Of a DNA stretch of 45,373 bases, positions 9,781 through 19,220 are shown piece after piece. The stretch covers positions 1-45,373 of the forward strand of contig JAEOTR010000037.1 in the NCBI GenBank assembly GCA_016839705.1, in the 5' to 3' direction. Every line of letters begins with the position of its first letter. Positions within the stretch are counted from its first letter, which is position 1. Below the pieces are notes generated by a model, which worked only from the letters and a program-made list of their open reading frames with translations, was not told where the DNA came from and did no database searches. Source of the stretch: Promethearchaeota archaeon (GTDB lineage Archaea > Asgardarchaeota > Lokiarchaeia > Sigyniarchaeales > SOKP01). A program made the position numbers and the translations under genes.

Positions 9781-11961
9781 TTACGACTTTTTTTTCTTTG
9801 ATACTTTTCCTTCTCCTATTAATTCATCTGCTGTTTTATAGAGAGATTTTTGTGGTTGGTTTAAACTTTTTATCTTCTCTTTCACCATTGTTCTAATTTG
9901 CACTGATGATTTCTTGTAGACTTTTGGATTCAGTTCTGATATAAAAGGGGAGATTCGCATAGTTTGATATCCTCTAGAGCCTTGAACTAAAGATGGAGAT
10001 ATTAGATATAGTTTATCTTTAGTTCTTGTTACAGCTACGTAGAATACACGACGTTCTTCCTCAAGACCTTCAGAATCTCCTTTAACTCTTGACGATGGAA
10101 AGAAATCCTCGCATAGCATGGGTATGAATACAACTCTCCACTCAAGGCCTTTTGCTCGGTGAATTGTTGATAAAATTAAAGGTTTTTCTTCTTCTTGTCG
10201 ATTACCAGCTAAAACTGTTTTAGATTCTAAATTGGATAAGTTCAAGCTTAGATTTTCAAGCAGTTTTCGAATGGTTGGAAAATTGCTTGCGTATATACTA
10301 AATTGATTTAGATCATCTATCCTGTCTTGCCAATTATCATATTTAGATTTAATATGATCCTCTAAGATAGACGTTAATTCTTTAATTGCATCAGAGGGTG
10401 TGTCTTCTGGATTAAATCCCACCAACTTCTTTGCGTGGGATATTATATTTTTTATTCCTTCCTTAGATATTCTCGATCCTTTTAATTTTTCGGCATAGAA
10501 CATCTTATTGATTAATAGATCTATTGGATTTTCGACTTTTGAAATTTCTTCAAAAATTTTGGTTCCTGATGAAGATCCTATTCCTTGAATTATTGTGAAA
10601 ATACGAGACCATGAAATTTCATCGTATTGATTCTCAACAATTCGTAAATGAGCAATCACATCCTTAATATGTGCCTTCTCAAAAAATGCGACACCAGCTC
10701 TTACTTCATATGGTATATTTTTTGCTCTCAATTCAAGCTCAATTCGCAGTGAATGAAATCCTGCACGAACTAGAATTGCCATATCTTCTAACCTATAACC
10801 ATCTGAACGTAAATTTAAAATTTGATTGGCAATAAAATAACCTTGTTCTTTGTCATCTCCCACATTTACTTGGAATGGTAAAACTCCACTGGGACGAGTT
10901 GCTTGCATAGCTTTTTTGAATTGCTTTACGTTATGTTGGATTGAGTTATTCGCTAAACCCAATATCTGAGGTACACTCCTATAATTATAAGTTATGGTAT
11001 ATCTTTTACAATTCTTATATTTCTTTTCAAAATTTAATATGTTTTGAAAATTGGCACCTCGAAATGCATATATACTCTGAGCATCATCTCCTACTGCTAT
11101 AACATTGTGATCTGGGTTTTGTTTGACAATCTTATATATAATTTCATCTTGGATATAATTGGTATCTTGATATTCATCAACAAGTATATATTTTATATTC
11201 CTTGCGATTAATTGAGCGACTGATCTTTCATCCAATAATTGATTCCAATAGATTAGTAAGTCGTCAAAGTCAACCAAATTATCCTGTGCTTTTTTCTCTC
11301 CATATATTCTATAGACTTCTTCTAATTTTTTCATTACATCTTCACTATCAAATTGAGAATATTTCCAAAGAAGGATCTCTCGAATAGATTTATTACAATT
11401 TATTGAAAATGATAAGATTGCTTTAGTCATTTTAGCATTAGGGAAGCGTTCTTCGATTTCTTTTACATTAGCTTTTTCGATTGAAAGTTTTATTAAAGCT
11501 CTTGCATCAGTTTCATCCATAATTGTATAGTTTGTTTTCAGGCCTAGTGTTTTTGCATATCTTCGTATGAAGCGATTTGCGATAGAATGGAATGTTCCTG
11601 CCCATATCCCCTTTGGACGTTTACCTAAAAGAGTTTCAGCACGCTTGATCATCTCATTGGCAGCTTTATTAGTGAATGTTACAAGCATAATTTCACTTGG
11701 CTTTACTCGAGATAATAAAAGTTTAGCAACTGAATAAGTAATCGTTCTCGTTTTACCACTTCCTGCCCCGGCAATTACTAACATCGGTCCTTTGATATTG
11801 TTAATAATTTTTAGTTGCTCTTCATTTAAATCCTCATTAAAGTTTATTTCATTATAGTCTCCTCTAATAATAGAAATCTCTTCTTCCAGAGAGCTGGCAT
11901 AATCCTCGTCATAAAACTCAAATATATATTCTTCGTCAGAATTATTTTTTCTTTCATTCAA
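9781..11961 (-). CDS. uvrD: UvrD/PcrA-family SF1 DNA helicase
   Basis: AGAGSGKT, TFTNKAA, TFHS, DEYQDTN, VGDDAQSIYAFRGA, NYRS, STIHRAKGLEW, EEERRVFYVAVTR. Confidence 0.93.
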   Translation of the reverse strand: MNERKNNSDEEYIFEFYDEDYASSLEEEISIIRGDYNEINFNEDLNEEQLKIINNIKGPMLVIAGAGSGKTRTITYSVAKLLLSRVKPSEIMLVTFTNKAANEMIKRAETLLGKRPKGIWAGTFHSIANRFIRRYAKTLGLKTNYTIMDETDARALIKLSIEKANVKEIEERFPNAKMTKAILSFSINCNKSIREILLWKYSQFDSEDVMKKLEEVYRIYGEKKAQDNLVDFDDLLIYWNQLLDERSVAQLIARNIKYILVDEYQDTNYIQDEIIYKIVKQNPDHNVIAVGDDAQSIYAFRGANFQNILNFEKKYKNCKRYTITYNYRSVPQILGLANNSIQHNVKQFKKAMQATRPSGVLPFQVNVGDDKEQGYFIANQILNLRSDGYRLEDMAILVRAGFHSLRIELELRAKNIPYEVRAGVAFFEKAHIKDVIAHLRIVENQYDEISWSRIFTIIQGIGSSSGTKIFEEISKVENPIDLLINKMFYAEKLKGSRISKEGIKNIISHAKKLVGFNPEDTPSDAIKELTSILEDHIKSKYDNWQDRIDDLNQFSIYASNFPTIRKLLENLSLNLSNLESKTVLAGNRQEEEKPLILSTIHRAKGLEWRVVFIPMLCEDFFPSSRVKGDSEGLEEERRVFYVAVTRTKDKLYLISPSLVQGSRGYQTMRISPFISELNPKVYKKSSVQIRTMVKEKIKSLNQPQKSLYKTADELIGEGKVSKKKKS

Positions 11962-12088
11962 TGTGATATTCCAACCATTTTGACAAGTGAATTCATTCTA
12001 ACATTAATTAGGTATAATAATTAAAACAACAAGAAAAAATTTTTAGAATTTCTGCTATCGTATAATTTAATATACCTATAGATATAGA

Positions 12089-12382
12089 CTATAAAAGCCC
12101 AACTAATATTTTAAAGGCTGCTGTTTCATCACCATCGTCGACAGAACTGAGAGTAAAAGTCCTATCATGTTTATCTCGAATTTTGGGTGCTTCTTGACCA
12201 GAAATAAATTTCATTCGAGTAGAAGTGTTTTTACCTTCCCACATCCACACTTTTTTTCCATGCATATCTACAAAAATTAGGATTTTATCCGAGTCTAGCA
12301 AATCGAATAAAGGGATGTTTTCCTTAATTTTTACTTCTGCAAATTCTTCGCTATCATTGTCAAATTGATATAAAATTATCAA
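12089..12382 (-). CDS. Single-domain gelsolin-like protein
   Basis: LDSDKILIFVD...VWMWEGKNTS...VDDGDETAAF follows the gelsolin-repeat pattern L-x-S-xx-hhhhD...hhhW-x-G-xx-S...V-xx-G-x-E-xxx-F. Confidence 0.75.
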   Translation of the reverse strand: MIILYQFDNDSEEFAEVKIKENIPLFDLLDSDKILIFVDMHGKKVWMWEGKNTSTRMKFISGQEAPKIRDKHDRTFTLSSVDDGDETAAFKILVGLL

Positions 12383-12647
12383 ATTTCTATCAGTTGAATT
12401 TCTTTTTCTATATGATTATATTTTTAATAAGCACTATTTAAATTTTTAATTTTTAAACGTAATTTTAGGAAAAAACACCTTCCCATTATTAATCCTCAAT
12501 CACATATTAGATCTTGGATCATATAACTGTTTTCGAATTTATAATGTAGATTATAGAATTCGTTAAATTTCTTTACCTTAACAACATGAAACACTCACGT
12601 GCTAATTATAAAATAGAATAAGATGATAAATTCAATAATTTCCTAAC

Positions 12648-12785
12648 TTATAGAATGTTATTTGATATGATATAGTTATTTTCCAACTGCACTTTTTCAT
12701 AATAGTCCATAAAATCATTACCGTAATAATAACAATTTTCAGTGCTAATTGCCGGGCAATCTAAACATTCAAAACCTTTACACAT
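12648..12785 (-). CDS. Possible 45-aa Cys-rich microprotein (not in ORF track)
   Basis: Hand-translated MCKGFECLDCPAISTENCYYYGNDFMDYYEKVQLENNYIISNNIL; starts 31 nt after the Mrr-like gene on the same strand. Confidence 0.3.
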   Translation of the reverse strand: MCKGFECLDCPAISTENCYYYGNDFMDYYEKVQLENNYIISNNIL

Positions 12786-12816
12786 TTATACCAGTTTCTT
12801 ATATCATTTATATCAT

Positions 12817-13185
12817 TTAAAAATTATTTTGAAACTGCCTTCTTTTTAGAGTAGAAATTAAATGACCCCTAGAAAGTAATTGTATTCCGAATTGAGAACT
12901 ATAATCCCGAGAAAAATCAGTAATGATATTACACACCATTATACCACCTTCGATATTAGTATCAATGCATGCTTTATGTAATTGTCGTAGCTGCGTAATT
13001 GAAATCTCTCTTTTCCAATCCCTTATAAACACACCAAAAGTGTTCAGTTTGCTTTTAATAACAGCATCGAAAGACCAAGATTTTCCAGATTGCCCTTTAA
13101 CCTGCACTGGACCTTTTACAAATTCATATTTCTCGGAAAAAACATTTTTCGCTAAATCTGTTAAACTTCTATCTGAAAATGTCAT
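12817..13185 (-). CDS. Mrr-like/PD-(D/E)XK fold protein, catalytic motif apparently degenerate
   Basis: GQSGKSWSFDAVI...ISITQLRQL...GGIMV...GIQLL follows the Mrr catalytic-domain pattern, but FIRDW replaces (E/Q)xK. Confidence 0.6.
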   Translation of the reverse strand: MTFSDRSLTDLAKNVFSEKYEFVKGPVQVKGQSGKSWSFDAVIKSKLNTFGVFIRDWKREISITQLRQLHKACIDTNIEGGIMVCNIITDFSRDYSSQFGIQLLSRGHLISTLKRRQFQNNF

Positions 13186-13266
13186 TTACACACACAACAG
13201 TTAAATTATCATATTCTTTCAGTATTATGTAAATGTTATTTCAATAATATTACTTAAAAATAAGTA

Positions 13267-14103
13267 TTATCCAGAAAATACTTCCTTTTTTTTCCCTAAC
13301 TTTTCTTTTTTAACTTTTTTTAATTTAATGATTGGATACTCTCCTCCGCTATCTGGCCCATAATCCACACTTTTTATGTAGTCAAATAAATTTTGTTGTA
13401 AAAAATTAATGAGTACAGTTGTAACTTTATCACAAACAGAACTACATTTTAAAAAATCACATTGTTTGTTAACCCTTTGGCAATATTTCTTTAATTGTAA
13501 AGAATATCCCTCCGCAAGTAAAATTGAAATGTAATCCCAATTGTCTTTAAATCCTGAGATTTCATGTGGAGATGCTTTTTTCAATGACTTTCTTAAGTGA
13601 CCTTCTGAAATGCTTCTTGAAAGTCTCTCATTAATGTTTTTCATTTCTTTTTTAGCTTCAAGTTTACAAAGAAAGATATAATATTGCAATAACGCCTCTG
13701 CTTCCTTGGATTTATCAGGATCAATAATTTTCCACCCACTTGCTCTTTTACAACTTATCTCTTTATTTTCAGGATTAGAAAAATTAGTGGGATAAATCCA
13801 GCACTGCGGAGGTTTAATCCCAGAGTTATGAACATGACAACCATTAATACTATTATCAAACAAAAAGCATTTTGCTTTTTTTTCATCAAATCTTAATTTA
13901 AAGCTAAAAACATCACTTCTAATAAAATCACTCTTCTTAGCAAATCCTTGCTTAATATATTCTTCAGCTAATATTTTAGGTATGTCAATCTTTATTGAAC
14001 AACAATCCCCATGACATATATCCAAACAATCTGGACCTTCAATTGCTGATTTCATTAAAGAATTAAATTTTTTAACAACATCCCAAAATTTGTCGGCAAC
14101 CAC
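13267..14103 (-). CDS. YkgJ-like cysteine-cluster (Fe-S/Zn) protein
   Basis: CLDICHGDCC, CFLF...CHVH...KPPQCWIYP, plus further C-terminal Cys. Confidence 0.65.
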   Translation of the reverse strand: MVADKFWDVVKKFNSLMKSAIEGPDCLDICHGDCCSIKIDIPKILAEEYIKQGFAKKSDFIRSDVFSFKLRFDEKKAKCFLFDNSINGCHVHNSGIKPPQCWIYPTNFSNPENKEISCKRASGWKIIDPDKSKEAEALLQYYIFLCKLEAKKEMKNINERLSRSISEGHLRKSLKKASPHEISGFKDNWDYISILLAEGYSLQLKKYCQRVNKQCDFLKCSSVCDKVTTVLINFLQQNLFDYIKSVDYGPDSGGEYPIIKLKKVKKEKLGKKKEVFSG

Positions 14104-14261
14104 AGTAATGTATAACAGTTTAATAGATATCTTTAATCATAAGGAGTGGGTATCACTTAATTATTTTTTGTTTCTAAATAAGTTTAAATTACCATAGTTT
14201 TATTATTTAGTAAATTTTGATAACAAAATTTGTATAATTAAAATTATATGAGTATCTTAAA

Positions 14262-16373
14262 ATGTCAAGTAATTTAATAATCATAGATATTACAGAAGAA
14301 GAAAAAATTATCCTCGATGGATCACAAAATCTGAAAGAAATCTCTGGAAATGGTACTCTTGTTATAAAAAATCCTACTCAAAAAAGTAGACTGTGGAATT
14401 TGAATTGTGATATTAAAGAAAACCTAAACACGTCAATCGATTCTAAGGAGTTATCTATCGGCACTTTAAATCCTTCACAAGAATTTACTAAAGACTATGA
14501 GATAAAAGAGCTCAAGGAATCATCATTGAAAATAGAGGAAATATTTGATGCAGAAAAATCCATAACTGGTAAAGTAAACAATGCCTTTCTTTATAATCAA
14601 GATAATAAATGCAGTCTAAAGCTCATACTTACCAACCGATTGAATATACCTATATTAGAAATAAAATTACAGCGAGATATACCCTCATTTATTCAAGAAA
14701 TTGAGATGAGAGATCCAAGTCTTGGGGAGGCAACCCTAAAAGAAGAAGGAGGTAATAGAATTCTCTCCTGGGATTTACCATCATTGGATGCTCAAAATAC
14801 AGCTGAGTTTGAAATATTTTTTACAGTGAAGATAAATGAATTATCTCCTCAAGCAATTGGAGCATTAAATGTAAAATACTTAATTAATAACTATAAGTTA
14901 ACAATGATAAATCCTGAAGTTAGAGGATTAACTGATTCGATGAGCGGAATTGATCGGGATGAAGGTTCTCAACCAGGTATGTGGGATTGTAATGTGGAAT
15001 TTATTAATGAATCTGAATTTCAAGTAAAGCTAGAAGATGCTAAAGTTACTCAAAAAATCCCAACAGGGGTAGAAACTGTTGCTTCCCAAACACCGGAGAA
15101 GGTTCTAAATCCTGATGAATCATGGGATTTTGATTTTCAAGTGGAGGCTAAGGATGTACCTGAATTAAGTTCTGAAATAGGTTTTACACCACTTTATGTT
15201 TTAATTCCCAGAGTTATTGGTGAAATTGTAAAAGAATCAACTATATACGCAGTTTTGAGTGCTACAATTGAGAAAGAAATTATTCCGCCTGAAGTGGATG
15301 CATACGCTAACACTGATATGAAAATCGTTAATACAATCGTTAACAATGGTTCTTCTAATATTGAAAAAGTGTTTATTAAGGATGAAATTCCACCTGATTT
15401 TGTCCCACCTTTAGTAAAAGATTTGTCTATCACATTGGATCCTATTGATATTAGCTCAAGGGAAGAATTTGTCAAAAAACTTCTAATTGATCCAAGCGAT
15501 CAAGATTTTTCTAAGAGTCATTCAATTTACATTGAGTTGTATAACCTTTCAAATGAATTTCTCCCTGGAAAAACCATAATAATTTCCTATTCTCTTTTAG
15601 CGAGAAATCCACGACCACCTACTGAAACAAAGTATATGACTCCCGTAAAAATAGATATTAACAGCCCCGTTGAGGGAAAATATTTCATTAAGACACCAGA
15701 TGAAGAACCAGAATTAAAAGTTAGATATGTTAAGCGTAAACTTAAAACACTTAAAAGTATCAAACCTGGATTTACTGAAGGAGAATTTAGTATTGGAGTA
15801 AGAGTTCAAAATAAAGGAGATGTTGAATTAGAAAATGTGTTAGTTAAAGATATAATTCCCACAGGGTTTAGTTTGACAGAATTCACACCTCCTGAAGGAG
15901 CAACTCACGAAGTCGCACAAGTAGGTGATCTTTCAGAACTACATATAAAGGTAGCTGAAATTAAAGGTGGTTCTTCTGTGAGCATTAATTACAATTGTTC
16001 TGGGTCTGGTGATTATCCACGATCAGAACCTGTTATTATTGTATTGGGAAGAGGAGGAGGAGAGTCGTCGGAGTCCTTTGGAACACCTCCAGCAGGTACA
16101 GAAACACCAAAAGCACATGTAGCAGATTCACAAGCAGGAAAAATACATGATACATTTATTGATTTATTTAAAAAGGTTGACCAAGCTATAACTGCAGAAA
16201 AGCTAAGTCAAATTCTAGAAGATGTTAAGAGTGTTTTACCTCCTGGGCCAGTTCTTCACCAGATATTAGCGTATGCCAGAGAACTGAAAAATATAGGAGA
16301 TAAAATAATTGTTGGTTCGTTGAGAGATGATGTTTTAAATAAGTTAAAGGATTTTAAAAGCAAATATAATTAA
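14262..16373 (+). CDS. Large cytosolic beta-sandwich protein: mu-homology-like N-terminal region, DUF11/Ig-like repeats, C-terminal helical domain
   Basis: 703 aa with no signal peptide or TM segment. Repeated N-x-G/S-x3-h-x2-h-x-h-x-D-x-IP motifs; N-terminal segments resemble the AP-mu/delta-COP C-terminal domain. Confidence 0.6.
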   Translation: MSSNLIIIDITEEEKIILDGSQNLKEISGNGTLVIKNPTQKSRLWNLNCDIKENLNTSIDSKELSIGTLNPSQEFTKDYEIKELKESSLKIEEIFDAEKSITGKVNNAFLYNQDNKCSLKLILTNRLNIPILEIKLQRDIPSFIQEIEMRDPSLGEATLKEEGGNRILSWDLPSLDAQNTAEFEIFFTVKINELSPQAIGALNVKYLINNYKLTMINPEVRGLTDSMSGIDRDEGSQPGMWDCNVEFINESEFQVKLEDAKVTQKIPTGVETVASQTPEKVLNPDESWDFDFQVEAKDVPELSSEIGFTPLYVLIPRVIGEIVKESTIYAVLSATIEKEIIPPEVDAYANTDMKIVNTIVNNGSSNIEKVFIKDEIPPDFVPPLVKDLSITLDPIDISSREEFVKKLLIDPSDQDFSKSHSIYIELYNLSNEFLPGKTIIISYSLLARNPRPPTETKYMTPVKIDINSPVEGKYFIKTPDEEPELKVRYVKRKLKTLKSIKPGFTEGEFSIGVRVQNKGDVELENVLVKDIIPTGFSLTEFTPPEGATHEVAQVGDLSELHIKVAEIKGGSSVSINYNCSGSGDYPRSEPVIIVLGRGGGESSESFGTPPAGTETPKAHVADSQAGKIHDTFIDLFKKVDQAITAEKLSQILEDVKSVLPPGPVLHQILAYARELKNIGDKIIVGSLRDDVLNKLKDFKSKYN

Positions 16374-16402
16374 ATTTTTTTAAAAAAAATTTTTCTTTTT
16401 TT

Positions 16403-16419
16403 CTAATTCTTAGAATTAG
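16403..16419. terminator. Inverted repeat between convergent genes
   Basis: CTAATTCT-T-AGAATTAG preceded by long T tracts. Confidence 0.25.
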
Positions 16420-16477
16420 TTCTGAAGGCTTAACAAATTAATAAATGAATTAAAAAAAATAGTAGGAAGCCTTTTTT

Positions 16478-16840
16478 CTAGAGATATAGACTAACCTTGT
16501 CTAAATCTTCTTTCATTTTAGAAATTCTTCCTTCTTGTTCTTCCTGAACGCTTACTCCTTGTTGGTCTTCGTCTATATTCAATTGTTCTTGTTCATACGC
16601 TTTTTCAACCATCATCCCGTATCTAATAGCGCTTGCAATTAGTTCTGGTATTAAAGAAACCATCCCTTTAAAGGAAAATATACCAGATAAAACCGACAAC
16701 CTATTTATCATTTCCCCAAAGGGATCGACGTCAATTTCTGGTTTTTTTATTAAGTCCATAATTCTTTTAAACAAGACCTCATAGAACACTTCAAGTTCTT
16801 CTTTTGATAAACTATTTTCTTCTTCCATTTCAATAACCAA
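16478..16840 (-). CDS. Hypothetical acidic helical protein
   Basis: 120 aa ORF with protein-like composition; start may be ATG 16828. Confidence 0.6.
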   Translation of the reverse strand: MVIEMEEENSLSKEELEVFYEVLFKRIMDLIKKPEIDVDPFGEMINRLSVLSGIFSFKGMVSLIPELIASAIRYGMMVEKAYEQEQLNIDEDQQGVSVQEEQEGRISKMKEDLDKVSLYL

Positions 16841-16920
16841 ACTGAGAATGTTAATATCTTTGATTTAAAAATATATTTTAAATGTATTTAATTTAAAATT
16901 TTTCTAAGTTTAAATAAGTT

Positions 16921-18165
16921 TTACTCAATGCTGTCTGTATGACGATGTATTATAAGACCAGATAATGGTTTAGGATAAAAATAGGTAGATTTTTGAGGCA
17001 TAATTTCTCCTAGTTGAGTAATTCTCTGAATTTCCTCTAAAGTTGTCGGATTAACTATAAAAAGTGCATCGATTATTCCTTTATCAACTTTTTCCAAGCC
17101 TTCTTCTCCATCTTTTATAAAAGAAATATCTTCATGTCTAACGTTGAGACAATTCTTAAGTAATATTTCATGCAATATAGGGAGTGATAAATTCTTCCAC
17201 TCTTTTGAGTGATTTCCTAATATATAATCTTCAATGTTAATTTCTTTTTTTAACTTTAAAAAGAAATATTTATTTTTAAAATAACATCCATAAACATGAT
17301 TTCCCTTATTGATTTCCATTAGGTTTCTAAGGTCTTGGAAACTTTTGATATTTTCTGTAATAGTAAAAGAAGTATTAACCCTATTTCTAAATTCTTTGAG
17401 ATTCTTAACGGGGAGCTTATGAATTTGACGGTGGCTTGTATAGATAATTAACCCAGGATCATTGAAATCTATAAAGAGTGCCATGATATATTTACATCCG
17501 CCATTCCGACTATGACGAAGACATGTAATATACCGATGATGACCATCAGCAATAATCACGGGATGGTTTTTTATGATATTTTGAAATTCTTTAATATCCT
17601 CTTCGTTTGATACCATCCAAATTTTATGAGTGAAACCTTCTCGATCAAGTGTCTTAAGAAACGGTTCTTTCTCCACATACTTTTTAAATATTTTTATCGC
17701 AGATCCGTTTCCGTTATATATAGTAAATATTGGCGAAAAATTTGCATCAGTTTTTTCAATAATATTTAACCTGTCTTCCGTAAACTTCTTGAAAGTCATT
17801 TCATGGGGAACAATTCCATCCACCGCGGGAAAAATTTCTGCCAGTTTTAATAGGCCGACAAAACCGTATCTAGTTATTTTTTCTTCAGTATCAGGTCTTA
17901 AATATTCTATTCCATATATACAAATGCATCTGTTTTTATTTGAGATTAAAGTACTATTTTCAATCATCTCTTCTAATTTTCTACCCGCACCTTCATAACT
18001 CTCAGGAAGAATCACATGACATATGTTATTAGGATTTTTATTTTTCAAATTTTGTTTTTCTTCTTCTGAAATTACATCATATGGTGGAGCAATTAATGAT
18101 CTTAAAACAGATGGATCCTTTCCTTTCCTGTAATAAAAACATTTAAGAGATATTAATTCGGGCAT
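16921..18165 (-). CDS. DUF1015 family protein
   Basis: APPYDVIS, PHE, IADGHHRY, MPQKSTYFYPKPLSGL. Confidence 0.88.
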   Translation of the reverse strand: MPELISLKCFYYRKGKDPSVLRSLIAPPYDVISEEEKQNLKNKNPNNICHVILPESYEGAGRKLEEMIENSTLISNKNRCICIYGIEYLRPDTEEKITRYGFVGLLKLAEIFPAVDGIVPHEMTFKKFTEDRLNIIEKTDANFSPIFTIYNGNGSAIKIFKKYVEKEPFLKTLDREGFTHKIWMVSNEEDIKEFQNIIKNHPVIIADGHHRYITCLRHSRNGGCKYIMALFIDFNDPGLIIYTSHRQIHKLPVKNLKEFRNRVNTSFTITENIKSFQDLRNLMEINKGNHVYGCYFKNKYFFLKLKKEINIEDYILGNHSKEWKNLSLPILHEILLKNCLNVRHEDISFIKDGEEGLEKVDKGIIDALFIVNPTTLEEIQRITQLGEIMPQKSTYFYPKPLSGLIIHRHTDSIE

Positions 18166-18453
18166 TTAAGAGATAACCAAAAATCAATCAAGATTCTATA
18201 TAGAGTAAAAGTTACTTGAAGGATAAAAAGTTTCGGTTAAGAAATTATTAAATTCTTAATATTTTCATTTGAATAACGAATGGATAAAATTCTTAGGTTT
18301 TTAACTAGTCCATTCTGAGTTTCGAATAGAATTTTTAACGTTGTGAGAATTAGGCGGGAAAACAAGCTTTCAATAAATTAAATTAACAAAAGAAAATTAT
18401 CCAATATGCTACAAATATATTGAAAATAAAATCTCATTTAATAGAGAAGTTTT

Positions 18454-19101
18454 ATGTTAATTTTAAGTTTCATCTTCATAATCATATTCCTGTTAAACTA
18501 CTTCACTTACTGGGTTATATGGATAAAAATTACAGAACAAAGAAGTAGTTCCCTTTCATTCTATAAGAAAATTTTTCCAATTATATCGATCATTTGTATA
18601 AATACCATCCCAATTATCAATTCAAGCTTTTTAGAACCATTTTTTAATGAGAATGTAAGTTACTTCTGGCATTACTGGATTTGGTTTTTTCTACTAGGTG
18701 TAATCTTCTTAACCGTAGGATTTAGAATATATTCACTTGAAAAAAGAATTCAAAAACTTGAGCAAGGAGAAGAAAAAGAACACAAATTGTTTACTATAGG
18801 GGTGTATAAGATTGTTAGACATCCTAATTGTATGGCTTGGTTATTGATATTTATAGGGACCACATTTATTTTCGATTCAATTATTAGCTTAATTCTAATT
18901 CCTATATTAGTAATATTGACACAACTAAATGGATTTTTAAGAGAGAAGTATATTTTGTATCCTAAGTTCGGTGAAATTTATGAAATTTATAAACAGAAAA
19001 CACCCTATAGGATAATATCTCCACCTTACAATTACTTACTCGTTATTATAGCCATCTTTGTAGTTTATATTGGATTTATAAATTTTGAGTATATATTTTA
19101 A
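18454..19101 (+). CDS. ICMT/PEMT-family membrane methyltransferase
   Basis: Multi-TM protein with LFTIGVYKIVRHPNC and EK...FGEIYEIYKQKTP. Confidence 0.75.
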   Translation: MLILSFIFIIIFLLNYFTYWVIWIKITEQRSSSLSFYKKIFPIISIICINTIPIINSSFLEPFFNENVSYFWHYWIWFFLLGVIFLTVGFRIYSLEKRIQKLEQGEEKEHKLFTIGVYKIVRHPNCMAWLLIFIGTTFIFDSIISLILIPILVILTQLNGFLREKYILYPKFGEIYEIYKQKTPYRIISPPYNYLLVIIAIFVVYIGFINFEYIF

Positions 19102-19220
19102 ATATCAAGGCGTAAATGAAGAAATATATCTAGATTTATAAAAATCTAATAATAACTCTTAGTAATTAGGATTTTAGGTTCGCAATATCTGTATAAATAT
19201 GTAAAAAATTAAATTGATTC

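Noticed and set aside
14262-16373. S-layer or secreted adhesin call based on DUF11-like repeats
   Set aside because: No signal peptide or membrane anchor
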